A DNA stretch of 64,000 nucleotides from Malacoraja senta. Its lineage: Eukaryota. Every line of letters begins with the position of its first letter. The first letter of the stretch is position 1. Both the position numbers and the translations under genes were made by a program. The stretch is from assembly GCA_038087875.1 (NCBI GenBank), contig JAXLNO010001705.1, forward strand, positions 248,001-312,000. The letters are read 5' to 3'. Below, piece by piece: positions 41,513-51,630 of the stretch. The notes under the pieces were generated by a model. It made no database searches and had not been told where the DNA came from. It was given only the letters and a program-made list of their open reading frames with translations.

Positions 41513-41817
41513 ATGAGATAGTTCCTGCTACGCAACAAAGATTACAATCCTTCCACCGCCTGTTGAACAAGAGTTAATGGAGATGACCGTGACGTTAACT
41601 TGTCTGGTGTCCAATGCACTTTACGGTATCACAGTATCTTGGAACCGCATAAAGGTGCCTTTGGCATCAGAGATGCAGTCGACAGAACATGGGGATATCG
41701 TAGAGAGCAAATTAAACATTTCGACTCATCACGGGCTGAGTGGGGATTATTTCGAATGCGTGGTGAGCCATGATGATATGCCGACTCCAAAAACTGAACG
41801 AATCAACTGGAAGAAAG
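41513..41817 (+). CDS. IGHM: IgM CH3 exon; in frame only from the GAG acceptor at 41517, otherwise frameshifted
   Basis: DSSCYATKITILPPPVEQELMEMTVTLTCLVSNALYGITVSW...FECVVSHDDMPTPKTERINWKK, donor G|GTGAGC at 41817/41818. The CAG acceptor at 41512 gives TAA at 41575-41577. Confidence 0.85.
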
Positions 41818-42946
41818 GTGAGCCGGGGTAGCTGCAGAGTGGTTCTGTGGGTCAGAGGTGACTGGTGCACTTTACTTCTGAGATAAAGCTAAAATTAATG
41901 ATTGAGATCACTCCGTCGGAGAAGAAATATCTATGCAAAATGAAATAGTGCTAAGACTTTACTGAGTCCTTGGTCAGAGCTGGAAAAGAGAGAATACGAG
42001 ATGACTTTGCGATGAATATGAGGTGCGGACGGGTTATTGGAAACATCGATGATAATTTGCAGCGAGTGTCAACGTGCGGATACGTTGTCTCTGGTCCACA
42101 TGTTACAATATGGGTATTTAGAGCAATGCGGCGTTTTTTTTTTAAAGCGCACGGTGTTGTAACTTGCAGAGATATGGGGTTGTCTACCAAATTAACCATG
42201 TGGTGATGGTGGGAGTAAATCGCAGATACTCTCACTTGCAGCAGAAATGCCCGTTTCTGAACTAGGCACATGAAACGAGTTACTTTAAATTAAAAACAAA
42301 TACACTTCAGATGCCGTATGTCGGAAAGACGTCACCTTAATGTAGATCATTAATATTGACTCCAATGGTTTACATCTACACAGACGGTGGGAGGAATGTG
42401 ATTCTGAACGCTTGCCATAGGGCTTAGGTACAACGCCGAGGAAGGCCGCAGACAAAGAGCCTAGGAGTGTTTTGTTTTCCATTTTGCATGTATTGTCCAG
42501 CTCAAAATGCCCATTTCGAAATTCCCTTTCCCCTCTCAACTCCCCCGAACATCATCTCTGTAACTTAGGAACGAGTCATTTTTCCCACTTGTCATAGAAA
42601 AGCATCTCATACTGTCCCTGCGTACACACTGTCTAACGTGCTCATTCTTTCCTGCGATCCCTGAATTTAGTTTGGGACCCGTCATTGTCATCGTTTTCGA
42701 AAATACACTTCTAAAAGCACCACTTTGTATGCTAAACATTCACCGCTGGCATCCCCTGACCACTCCGACGATGGTTTGATAAAGTCTCATTCATTTGCTC
42801 TTGGGAATTGAATGAGACAGATGAACCAAGGTAGATCTGCAGTTAGCAATAAATGACAAAAGGAGCAGGAGACAACCATGGTCATCAGATATAACACGGA
42901 TCAGAGAGGGCGAATGACTTGATCTTGTGTTGTGGTGTTTCAAGTT

Positions 42947-45148
42947 ATTCATAGAAAAAATAGGTACAGGAGGAGGCCATTTGGCCCTTCGAGCCAGCAC
43001 CGCCATTCATTGTGATCATGGCTGATCGTCCCCCAATCAATAAACCGTGCCTGCCTTGTCCCCATATCCCTTGATTCCACTACACCTAATAGCTCTATCT
43101 AATTCTCTCTTAAATCTATCCAGTGATTTGGCCTCCACTGCCCTCTGTGGCAGGGAATTTCACAACTCTCTGGGTGAAAACGTTTTTTCTCAGCTCAAAC
43201 TTAAATGGCCTCCCCTTTATTCTAAGACTGTGGCCCCCTGGTTCTGGACTCGCCCAGCATTGGGAATTTTTTTCCTGCATCTAGCTTGTCCAGTCCTTTT
43301 ATAATTGTATATGTTTCTATAAGATTCCCCCTCATCCTTCTAAACTCCAGTGAATACAAGCCTAGTCTTTTCAATCTTTCCTCATATGGCTGTCCCGCCA
43401 TCCCAGGGATCAATCTCGTGAACCTACTCTGCACTGCCTCAATCACAAGGATGTCTTCCTCAAATTAGGAGACCAAAAATGTACACAATACGCCAGATGT
43501 AGTCTTACCAGAGCCCGATACACCTGCAGAAGAACCTCTTTACTCCTATATTAAAATCCTCTTGTTATGAAGGCCAATTAGCTTTCTTCACTGCCTGCTG
43601 TTCCTGCACGCCAAATTTCAGTGACTGGTGTACAAGGACACCCAGGTCTCTCTGTACCTCCCCCTAACCTAACCCCATTGAGATAATAATCTGCCCTGCT
43701 TGTTTTTGCCGCCAAAGTGGATAACCCCACTTTTAGCTACATTATACTGCATTGGCCACGCACCTGCCCACTCATTCAACCTGTCCAGATAGCCCTGCAA
43801 CCTCCTAACATCCTCTTCACAGTTCACACTGCCACCCAACTTTGTGTCATCCACAAACTTGCTGGTGTTGCTCCTAATTCCCTCTTTCAAATCATTAATA
43901 TATATGGTAAACAGTTGTGGCCCCAACACCGAGCCTTGCGGCACTCCACTCACCATTGTCTGCCATTCTGAATAGGACCGGTTCACTCCTACTCTTTGCT
44001 TCCTGTCTGCCAACCAATTTTCTATCCACGTCAACACCCTACCCCCAATACCACGTGCCCTAATTTTAGTCATCCGTCTCCCGTGCGGTACCTTATCAAA
44101 GGCTTTCTGAAAGTCCAGATACACTACATCCACTGACACCCCTTCATCCATTTTACTTGTCACATTCTCAAAACATTCCAGAAGATTAGTCAGGCATGAT
44201 TTTCCTTTCATAAATCCATGCTTCCTTGGACTAATCTTTTTACTGCTATCCAAATGCCCCATTATTACATCTTTAATAATTGATTCCAGCATCTTTCCCA
44301 CCACCGAAGTCAGGCTAACTGGTCTGTCCCCGTTTTCTCTCTCGCTCCTTTCTTGAAACGTGGGATAACATTAGCTATCCTGCAATCCACAGGAACTGAT
44401 CCTGACTATTGAACATTGGAAAATCATCACCAATTCGTCCATTATTTCTAGAGCCGCCTCCCTGAGGTCCCTGGGATTCAGGCCCAGGGGATTTATCATC
44501 CTTCAGTGCCATTAGCCTACCCAATACTATTTCTCGCCTAATGATAATTTCTTTCAGTTCCTCTACCCCCGTAGATCCCCGGGCCTCCAGTACTTCTGGG
44601 AGATTGTTTGTGTCTTCCTCAGTGGAGACAAATCAACTATTGTTCAACTCATCTGCCATTTCCTTGTTCCCCATAATAATTTCACCCATGTCTGCCTTCA
44701 ACGGACCCACATTTGACTTTGCTATTCATTTTCCCTTAAAATATCTAAAGAAGCTTTTACGTTTCTTCTTTACATTCCTTGCCAGCTTCCCCTCGTACTT
44801 CATCTTTTCAGCCCTTATTGCCCGTTTGGTTTCCTTCTGTTGTCCTATGAAAGTTTCCCAATCATCTGGCTTCCGGCTACTCTTTGCTGTGTTATACATC
44901 TTTTCTTTTAGTTTTATTCTATCTCTAACTTATCTTGTCATCCACAGTTGCCTCCTACTCCCCTAAGAATCTTTCTTCCTTTTTGGAATGAAGTGATCCT
45001 GTGTCTTCCGGATTATGCCCAGAAATTCCTGCCATTGCTGTTCCACCGTCATTCCTGCTAGGATCCCTTTCCAGTCCACCTTGACCAGCTCCTCCCTCAT
45101 GCCTTCATAGTCCCCTTTGTTCAACTGCATCACTGACACTTCCGATTT
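42947..45148 (-). mobile_element. CR1 LINE, 5'-truncated ORF2 plus 3' UTR
   Basis: KHGFMKGKSCLTNLLECFE, VDVVYLDFQKAFDKVPH, GVPQGSVLGPQLFTIYINDL and SKFVDDTKLGG. CR1 3' end near 42950. Confidence 0.93.
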
Positions 45149-45337
45149 CATACAAATCTACTGCCGTCCACAGGAGAGACGCACATTCAGGTGTATTTGT
45201 CTGAACAAAGAGACAAGTCACAAAAGGGGAATGCAAAACCGTAATACTGTCTGTTGGCAGTTTACTCACGTACGAATATTAGCTTTTAATCGCTTTAACC
45301 GTCTTGTATAATAAACGCCATTTGAATTGTTCCCTAG

Positions 45338-45729
45338 GTCAACATCTGCTGACACCGTCCGTCTCAGTCCTTCTGCCGCCGACAGAAGAAATCTCCGCGC
45401 ACAAGACTATCACCCTGACCTGCTTTGTGAGAGGATTCTCCCCTCGCAGGGTCTTCGTCACGTGGACAGTTGATGACAAGCGGGTGCATTGGAGCAAGTA
45501 CCGGAACACCGAGGTGGTGGCGGAGAACGGCAATGACACCTTCTTCACGTACAGCCTGTTATCCGTTGGGGCAGAGCAGTGGGCTAGCGGAGCCTCCTTC
45601 TCCTGTCTGGTGGGGCACGAAGCAATCCCCATGAAGACCATCGTCAGAACGGTCAATAAGTCCAGCGGTAAACCCAGTTTTGTCAACGTTTCCCTTGTAT
45701 TCATGGACACGGTCAATTCCTGTCAATGA
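45338..45729 (+). CDS. IGHM: IgM CH4 exon with secretory tailpiece, intact
   Basis: TCCCTAG| acceptor. [15 protein letters not shown]...[17 protein letters not shown]...[49 protein letters not shown]-stop, with the NVS sequon and penultimate Cys. Confidence 0.95.
45667..45673 (+). other. Internal CH4 splice donor (G|GTAAAC) at the position used for membrane-form IgM
   Basis: TCC AGC G|GT AAA at the SSGK motif, the conserved CH4-to-TM splice position in IgM genes. Confidence 0.75.
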
Positions 45730-45756
45730 CAAGGAATTAGTTTCGATTTTCTCTGA

Positions 45757-45772
45757 AATAAATACTAATAAA
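45757..45772 (+). terminator. Tandem AATAAA poly(A) signals for secreted mu mRNA
   Basis: AATAAA at 45757-45762 and 45767-45772, 28 nt after the stop codon. Confidence 0.8.
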
Positions 45773-47117
45773 TACATTTAACTTCAAATCTTGAGCTGAA
45801 CACATGGCCACCCGATTTATTATATAGAACATTTTGCCGAAACGATGACTATATATTAACATTGATACTTGAAAATCTTGGCGACAATTCACGGAAAACG
45901 GATGCAGACTGCACAGTAACATCGGGGTTTTGGAGATAAGTCACAGCTGCACCATTGCAAGAATCGCGGACACACTTCAACATTATTGCTCTTGCTGGGC
46001 AGATATTGGATCTCCGTTTCCCTCCTTCTCTTGTTTCCAATCCATTCAGACCTGAAGCAGGATCTGAGACGTCGCGCTTTGTAGGGCCTGCCGCTCCGAG
46101 AAAAAAGTAGCAACTCACCCTCCTCCGCCCGCATGAGAACTTATAGCTTGCCGTGCGTCTGTCACGCATATTTCTGCACACATTTCTATTTCCACATATA
46201 GATTGAAATGCGCATGCACTGTCTTATTATGTGAACGCCCATCTGCAAAATCACATGAAATGTTTACATAGCGCCATGTACTCAACATATTGGCACGAGG
46301 ATGAACAATATAAACACACACACACACACGCGTCCAAAAAGAGGGAATGAGAGTGGAACCTCCATATATTAATGAAAATAAAATGTTATCGTTGAAAGTC
46401 TTCAGGAACGTAGAGTCGAAACAGCTGATATCAATGCAATGAAAGCAACGTAATTCGAAGTACAACTAAGAGCAACTTAAAGAACAGGAATAAATTGTCA
46501 CCAGAATAGATTCTTCCCATGAAGAAGTGGGCCATTTAATTTCGGGTGGAGAATACTGTGGCGCTCAGTTAATAAACGGGCATCACCCCTGATAATGTGT
46601 GCAGGCGATTGATGGGAGAACCGCTATGAGTGGCTGGTGAGAACACGAACTTCTAGCCCAATATCAGATGCGGCGAGAGATTTATTAGCGCCCGGCTCGA
46701 GCGTCAGACAAGGGCAAATCCGTTTCCAGCTCTTCCCCAGATGTACACGAAGCACACTAATCACATACATCAGCCAGCGCACGAAAATAAAATAATTTAT
46801 GGGTCGCATAGAAACATACATAAAACGCAATTTACGACATATATACACCATAGCACATGGACATCCAGCTAAACAGACCAGCAATCAAACATTCTGTTAA
46901 ATGCAAAAGAATAGCAACGGTTAACTAAAGCGCGTATTTGCACAAAATAAAACAGTTTAATACCACACAAATACATTTAGGCGCTCACTTTAATACTAAT
47001 GGACTTTCACAGAAAATTTTCCGTGACAATACACGTTAGCAGATATATTGACATATATATTTTACTTCTTCACAAATGCTGATTGATGTTGAAATAGATG
47101 TTCTACAACAACGCATG

Positions 47118-47311
47118 NNNNNNNNNNNNNNNNNNNNNNNNNNNNNNNNNNNNNNNNNNNNNNNNNNNNNNNNNNNNNNNNNNNNNNNNNNNNNNNNNNN
47201 NNNNNNNNNNNNNNNNNNNNNNNNNNNNNNNNNNNNNNNNNNNNNNNNNNNNNNNNNNNNNNNNNNNNNNNNNNNNNNNNNNNNNNNNNNNNNNNNNNNN
47301 NNNNNNNNNNN
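47118..47311. other. Assembly gap (194 N)
   Basis: Run of N seen directly. Confidence 1.
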
Positions 47312-47759
47312 AGTATGTCGGGTTTTAAGCAAACTTACTTATTCATACAAAGTTACAGGCAAACGGAAGGGCAATTCAGGTCATTTAACCAGTAGTTTTC
47401 CACGCGTTCCAAAAGACTAAGTGTAACCGTAGATTAAACATCTCCCATTCTTCAGTGACAGTGCCAGCTGCCACAACAGCAACACTCGTGATTCGTGAGG
47501 GCTGGGGACGAAGCACATTATCTATGCTTGCGTCAGGAAACACGAGTTGAAAAGTATTCTGTCCATTTATTTTTTTCTCCACATAAAATTTAGTAATCTC
47601 TAATTTTTATTTTGTATCCCAGATCTTTTGTTCATAATTTGCGAATACTCTGAGGGCAAAATTCTGTTTCCCAATCTGCTACAAAACGAGGGTCATCTGT
47701 ATGTGGTTCTACTAAGTCCTGGCTGACCCCTACTGTCCATAGGGGCCAGACTCCCTCCT

Positions 47760-48830
47760 ACGTACATCCTTTGTTCCTTGCCCATCCAATAATAACTTGT
47801 CTCCAAGTGTTCTCCAGCTGACAAGCTCTCAACTCATTTCCCTGAACCAGTTCTAGCAGTAGCCCACATTAATCATGGAAGTTCTCTTGAATGACATCTC
47901 AGGAGGTTCTCCACATCTTTGCCTTTCACTCTTGTATTACTCCAACCAATATTGGGCAATTGAAATTCCAACATTACCACTCCTCATTTCTGTGATCCTT
48001 GCAGTGGGAAGATGAAATAGACCCAGTGATGAGATAGTATCCTTTATTCCAGCCCAATCGAGTTTGTGCATGGCCTGACTTAGAGTAGTTGGCATCCGTC
48101 CATTGGTGCGAGGCATTGGTGCAGCTTTGATGCTGTCCTGTTAGGAGAGGGGAATGTTTAATCGATAGTCTATAATACCATTTTCCTCTGCCCCCATCTC
48201 CTGTTTTCCATCCTTGCCTTTTCTGTCTCCTTGAATATCAAGAGGTCAGTTCTGCTGAGAATGAGCCATGTTATCAACACCACATCATAATCTAACGTGG
48301 TTCTTTGTAGCTGCAGCTCGCCAATCTTACTCACCACATTCTGTGTATATTGTGGACACCAGATTGTGTCTCTCAATTTGCTCCTATCCAACAATTCCTT
48401 CTCTGTCATCATCCAACACTCACACCCTCTGTTCACCTTATTTATTTTTGCTGTTACTGCCTGCTATGCCCATACCCTGCTGATCTTGATTGAATCATCC
48501 TGACCTGGGCATTGTCCCAATCCCATTAACTTGTAACCTATCCATCTCATACAGGTTTCATCTGCCTCAAAACTGGTTCTACTACCCCCAGAATCGTATG
48601 TACCATGGATGTAACCACTCTATCGCCACCTTCTCTTCACATTCTGTTCTCCCTGAAGCCTGTCCCTGCCAGCAGCCCAGGGATTGCCATCTGTCTACCT
48701 CTGGCAACATTGACATACCTCCATTGCTGCCTTCTCCACATTGGTATCCATGTGTGCCACTTGCTTTGGGTCCCACTTCCCTTTGCACCCTCTCACTCAT
48801 ATCATGTGAAGCAGAGATCATGTCTTGAGA
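47760..48830 (-). mobile_element. Old CR1 5' region remnant (ORF1 end and ORF2 endonuclease start)
   Basis: Decayed VVSKIGELQ...DYDVVLITWL, resembling the APE N-terminus, and EWLHPWYIRFW, resembling ORF1. Confidence 0.5.
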
Positions 48831-49038
48831 GAAGCAACCAATCCCACAGTCACTTTGACCCATCCACCTGTCGCTTGTCCTCCTCCTTTGTTCACTCACC
48901 CCTCTGTCATTTTGCCAAACCCTCCCATTGCCTGCCCACCCTCTGCCTGTCAATGACCCCAAATGATCTATCCTTTTTTCTTGACCTTGTGTTGATCCAA
49001 TATGTTTCAGTGATGGGTTATCTTTCTTCTCTTTCCAG

Positions 49039-49097
49039 GTGAATTGCTGGACAGCCCCTGGATGTAAATATCCATACTGGACCATCCATGGCTGGTG
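49039..49097 (+). CDS. RNASET2-like: RNase T2-family exon carrying CAS I (VNCWTAPGCKYPYWTIHGW-W)
   Basis: TCTTTCTTCTCTTTCCAG| acceptor and TG|GTAACT donor; 59 nt, phase 0 to 2. YWTIHG matches the RNase T2 CAS I motif YWTIHGLWP. Confidence 0.85.
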
Positions 49098-49640
49098 GTA
49101 ACTGTCTCTTTATTCAGATGGGCTTTGGTGAGAGATGGGAGTTGTCAGGGAGAGCTGACGGGGCTCCAGTGGTAGTGTCGGGCTATGGCGCTGGGCTGTG
49201 GTCTCCACTGAGCCCGGGCACCAGCGCCAGAACAACATCTGGTTCTGCAGCTGGACAGCTGCATCCTGAGCAAAGGTCCTCAGCTTCACCTCAAATCTCC
49301 GCCCCTGAATCTGAAACCATGTCCCCACTTCTGTATTCCCTCATCAAGGGAAACATCCTCTCAGCATAACCCTGTCAGTCCGCCTCACAATTTAGTCTAT
49401 TCAAGAAGATCACCTCTCATTCTAAAATCTCCAGTGAGCCTCGGCCCAACCTGCTCAATCTCTCATACAGCACCCCATCCCAGGAAGCATCCTTTTACCA
49501 TTCACCCAACTGCTTCCATGGCAGCTATGCCTCTCTTTAAATAAAGGGAGCAAGACTCTGTCGCGATGTCACTAAAGGCCTGCAGAGACAAAGCAAGACC
49601 TCAGTCGGAATAATATACACAAGACGTGAGTGACAATTAA

Positions 49641-50520
49641 TCAAGTCAAGTCAAGTCACATTTATTTATATAGCACATTTGAAAAACAACTCTCGTTGAC
49701 CAAAGTGTTTTACATTTGTTATAAGAATAGTATACACAAGCAAACTACATACATATATACAAATAGCCCTCACTCAGAGGACGTCAGGAAAGGCTTGGGA
49801 GAACAGATACGTTTTTAGTCTAGACTTAAAGGAGTCGATGGAGGGGGCAGTTCTGATGGGAAGGGGGATGCTGTTCCACAGTCTAGTTGCTGCAACCGCA
49901 AAGGCGCGATCGCCCCTGAGCTTATGCCTAGACCGCGGGACATTCAGCAACCCCAAGTCAGCCGATCTGAGTGACCTGGAGGTGGTGTAGTGGGTGAGAA
50001 GTCTTTTAATGTAAGTGGGTGCAAGCCCATTGAGGGCTTTGTAGACAAAGAGGAGGGTCTTGAAATTTATTCTGAACCGCACAGGGAGCCAGTGGAGAGA
50101 GGCCAGGATCGGGATGATGTGGTCCCTTTTTCGGGTGCCCGTTAGGAGTCTCGCTGCGGCGTTTTGGACCAGTTGCAGGCGGGACAGGGAAGATTGGCTG
50201 ATGCCAGTGTAAAGGGAGTTGCAGTAATCTAGGCGGGAGGAGATAAATGTATGGATGATCTTTTCGAGGTCATCAAACTGGAGGAATTGTTTTATTTTAG
50301 CTATCATCCGAAGCTGAAATAAGCTAGCTTTTACCACGGCATTGACTTGTTTGTCAAATTTCAGTGCTGAGTCAAATACCACGCCAAGGTTTTTGACGTG
50401 AGGTTTGAGTAGTGGGGTAAGGCTTCCAAGGCTGCCTGCTATCATTTTGATTGAGTCCGAGGGGCCGAGAAGGAATGACCTCAGACTTAATCTCGTTTAG
50501 TTCTTTGTTCATAATAACTT
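49641..50520 (-). mobile_element. L2 LINE 3' end with (TGACT)n tail
   Basis: ORF VKNLGVVFDSAL...SRLDYCNSLYTGI...LQLVQNAAARLL...LHWLPVRFRINFK...RGDRAFAVAATRLWNSIP. The tail appears as TCAAGTCAAGTCAAGTCA at 49641-49658 on the + strand. Confidence 0.92.
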
Positions 50521-50985
50521 GTCAAGCCAGAGACTGTTCTGCAGACTCAAAGCATGCAGCCTTTTAATATCATATTTAATAGCAAGAAATGTGGAGTGGG
50601 TCACGTATATTTGTTAAAACGGTTAACTATTGTGATCCAGTATTTTCCTCTTTCCCTTATCAACCTTATCATTAAAGATCAAGACGTGCAAGGTCAGTGT
50701 GACCAGACATGTTCAACCTATGTTCACTGAAATAAAGTTCAATTTCCACGGTACAAATTGCTCATAAGATGGGAGAACATGTTCAGTTCTTCCCACAATT
50801 CCCACACCTCCCCACTACCATACCCCAAACCCAGGGTATAGTTTGTATCATTCTACTGATTCTACAAGACTGGAGTCTGGCACTGAGACAGAACAGGAAG
50901 TGTTGTCCCTGTGAAGAAGTTGTCGGCAAAGTGCAGGAACACTTCAGCTTGGAGGCAGCAACTCACCCAACCTTTTTTCTTTCAG

Positions 50986-51040
50986 GCACCCCCAGGGTGG
51001 CACGGGGAATACGGATAAGTATGACTACAATAAAATAAAG
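50986..51040 (+). CDS. RNASET2-like: RNase T2-family exon ((W)HPQGGTGNTDKYDYNKIK)
   Basis: CCTTTTTTCTTTCAG| acceptor and AAG|GTCAGT donor; 55 nt, phase 2 to 0. Links the flanking exons in frame and ends in IK like the human exon ending EEIK. Confidence 0.78.
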
Positions 51041-51399
51041 GTCAGTAAGTACTTACGGTTCAAGACAATGGTGGGTTTTGGGTCTGGGGTGACACGCTGC
51101 TACACAGGCCTTTGGTCAATATATCAAGAGGGTGGGTGGGCTTTTCAAATCACACAGCAGCAGGAGGTGTCCAAAGGTCTGTTCTCTGGGCATTTTACAT
51201 CGGTCTCAGCTATCTGAGATTGTGTGCATAAACACACAAACCCATTGAAACCCTTCAGTTTGTGACCCACTCCCAGTATCTGTTATTCTACATGTAAATC
51301 ACCCCCAATCCCTGAATGACTCCCAATCTGTAACTCTGGTATCTGTTATTTCCATATAAAAGCTATCTGAACCCCTGCCTTAGATCAAAGCCTGTTACT

Positions 51400-51625
51400 C
51401 TCTCACAGATATCTGTTATTAGAATCATGCAGCATGGAAAGAAACCTGTCAGCTTATCCATGCCGATCAAAATGTCTACCAAAGCTAGTACATTTTGCCC
51501 GTTTGGCCCATATCCCTCTAAACCCTTCCTATGCATAAACCTGTACACATGTCTTTTAAACGTTACAATTCTACCCACCTCTACCAATTTCTCGGGCAGC
51601 TTCTTTATCCCCAGCACCTTGGATG
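51400..51625 (-). mobile_element. CR1 3' fragment
   Basis: KLPEKLVEVGRIVTFKRHVYRFMHRKGLEGYGPN, a typical CR1 ORF2 C-terminus. Confidence 0.7.
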
Positions 51626-51630
51626 TGAAT

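Larger units (their letters stand above)
31351..45772 (+). pseudogene. IGHM: Chondrichthyan IgM heavy-chain cluster, probably defective (V lost, out-of-frame VDJ join, frameshifted CH1)
   Basis: Ordered V-end/D/JH, CH1, CH2, CH3 and CH4-secretory exons on one strand with GT-AG sites and phase-1 junctions typical of Ig C exons. Confidence 0.88.

Noticed and set aside
46050-46084. Possible mini-exon DLKQDLRRRAL-stop after TCCATTCAG
   Set aside because: Short, ends in a stop, and has only superficial similarity to the RNase exon; likely chance.
47036-47420. ORFs spanning the N run
   Set aside because: Created by the assembly gap.
47623-47698. Candidate RNase T2 signal-peptide exon or IgM TM exon (DLLFIICEYSEGKILFPNLLQNEGH)
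   Set aside because: Good acceptor, but no in-frame ATG, no QWP-type motif, no mu-TM motif and no strong donor in the phase needed. Not called.
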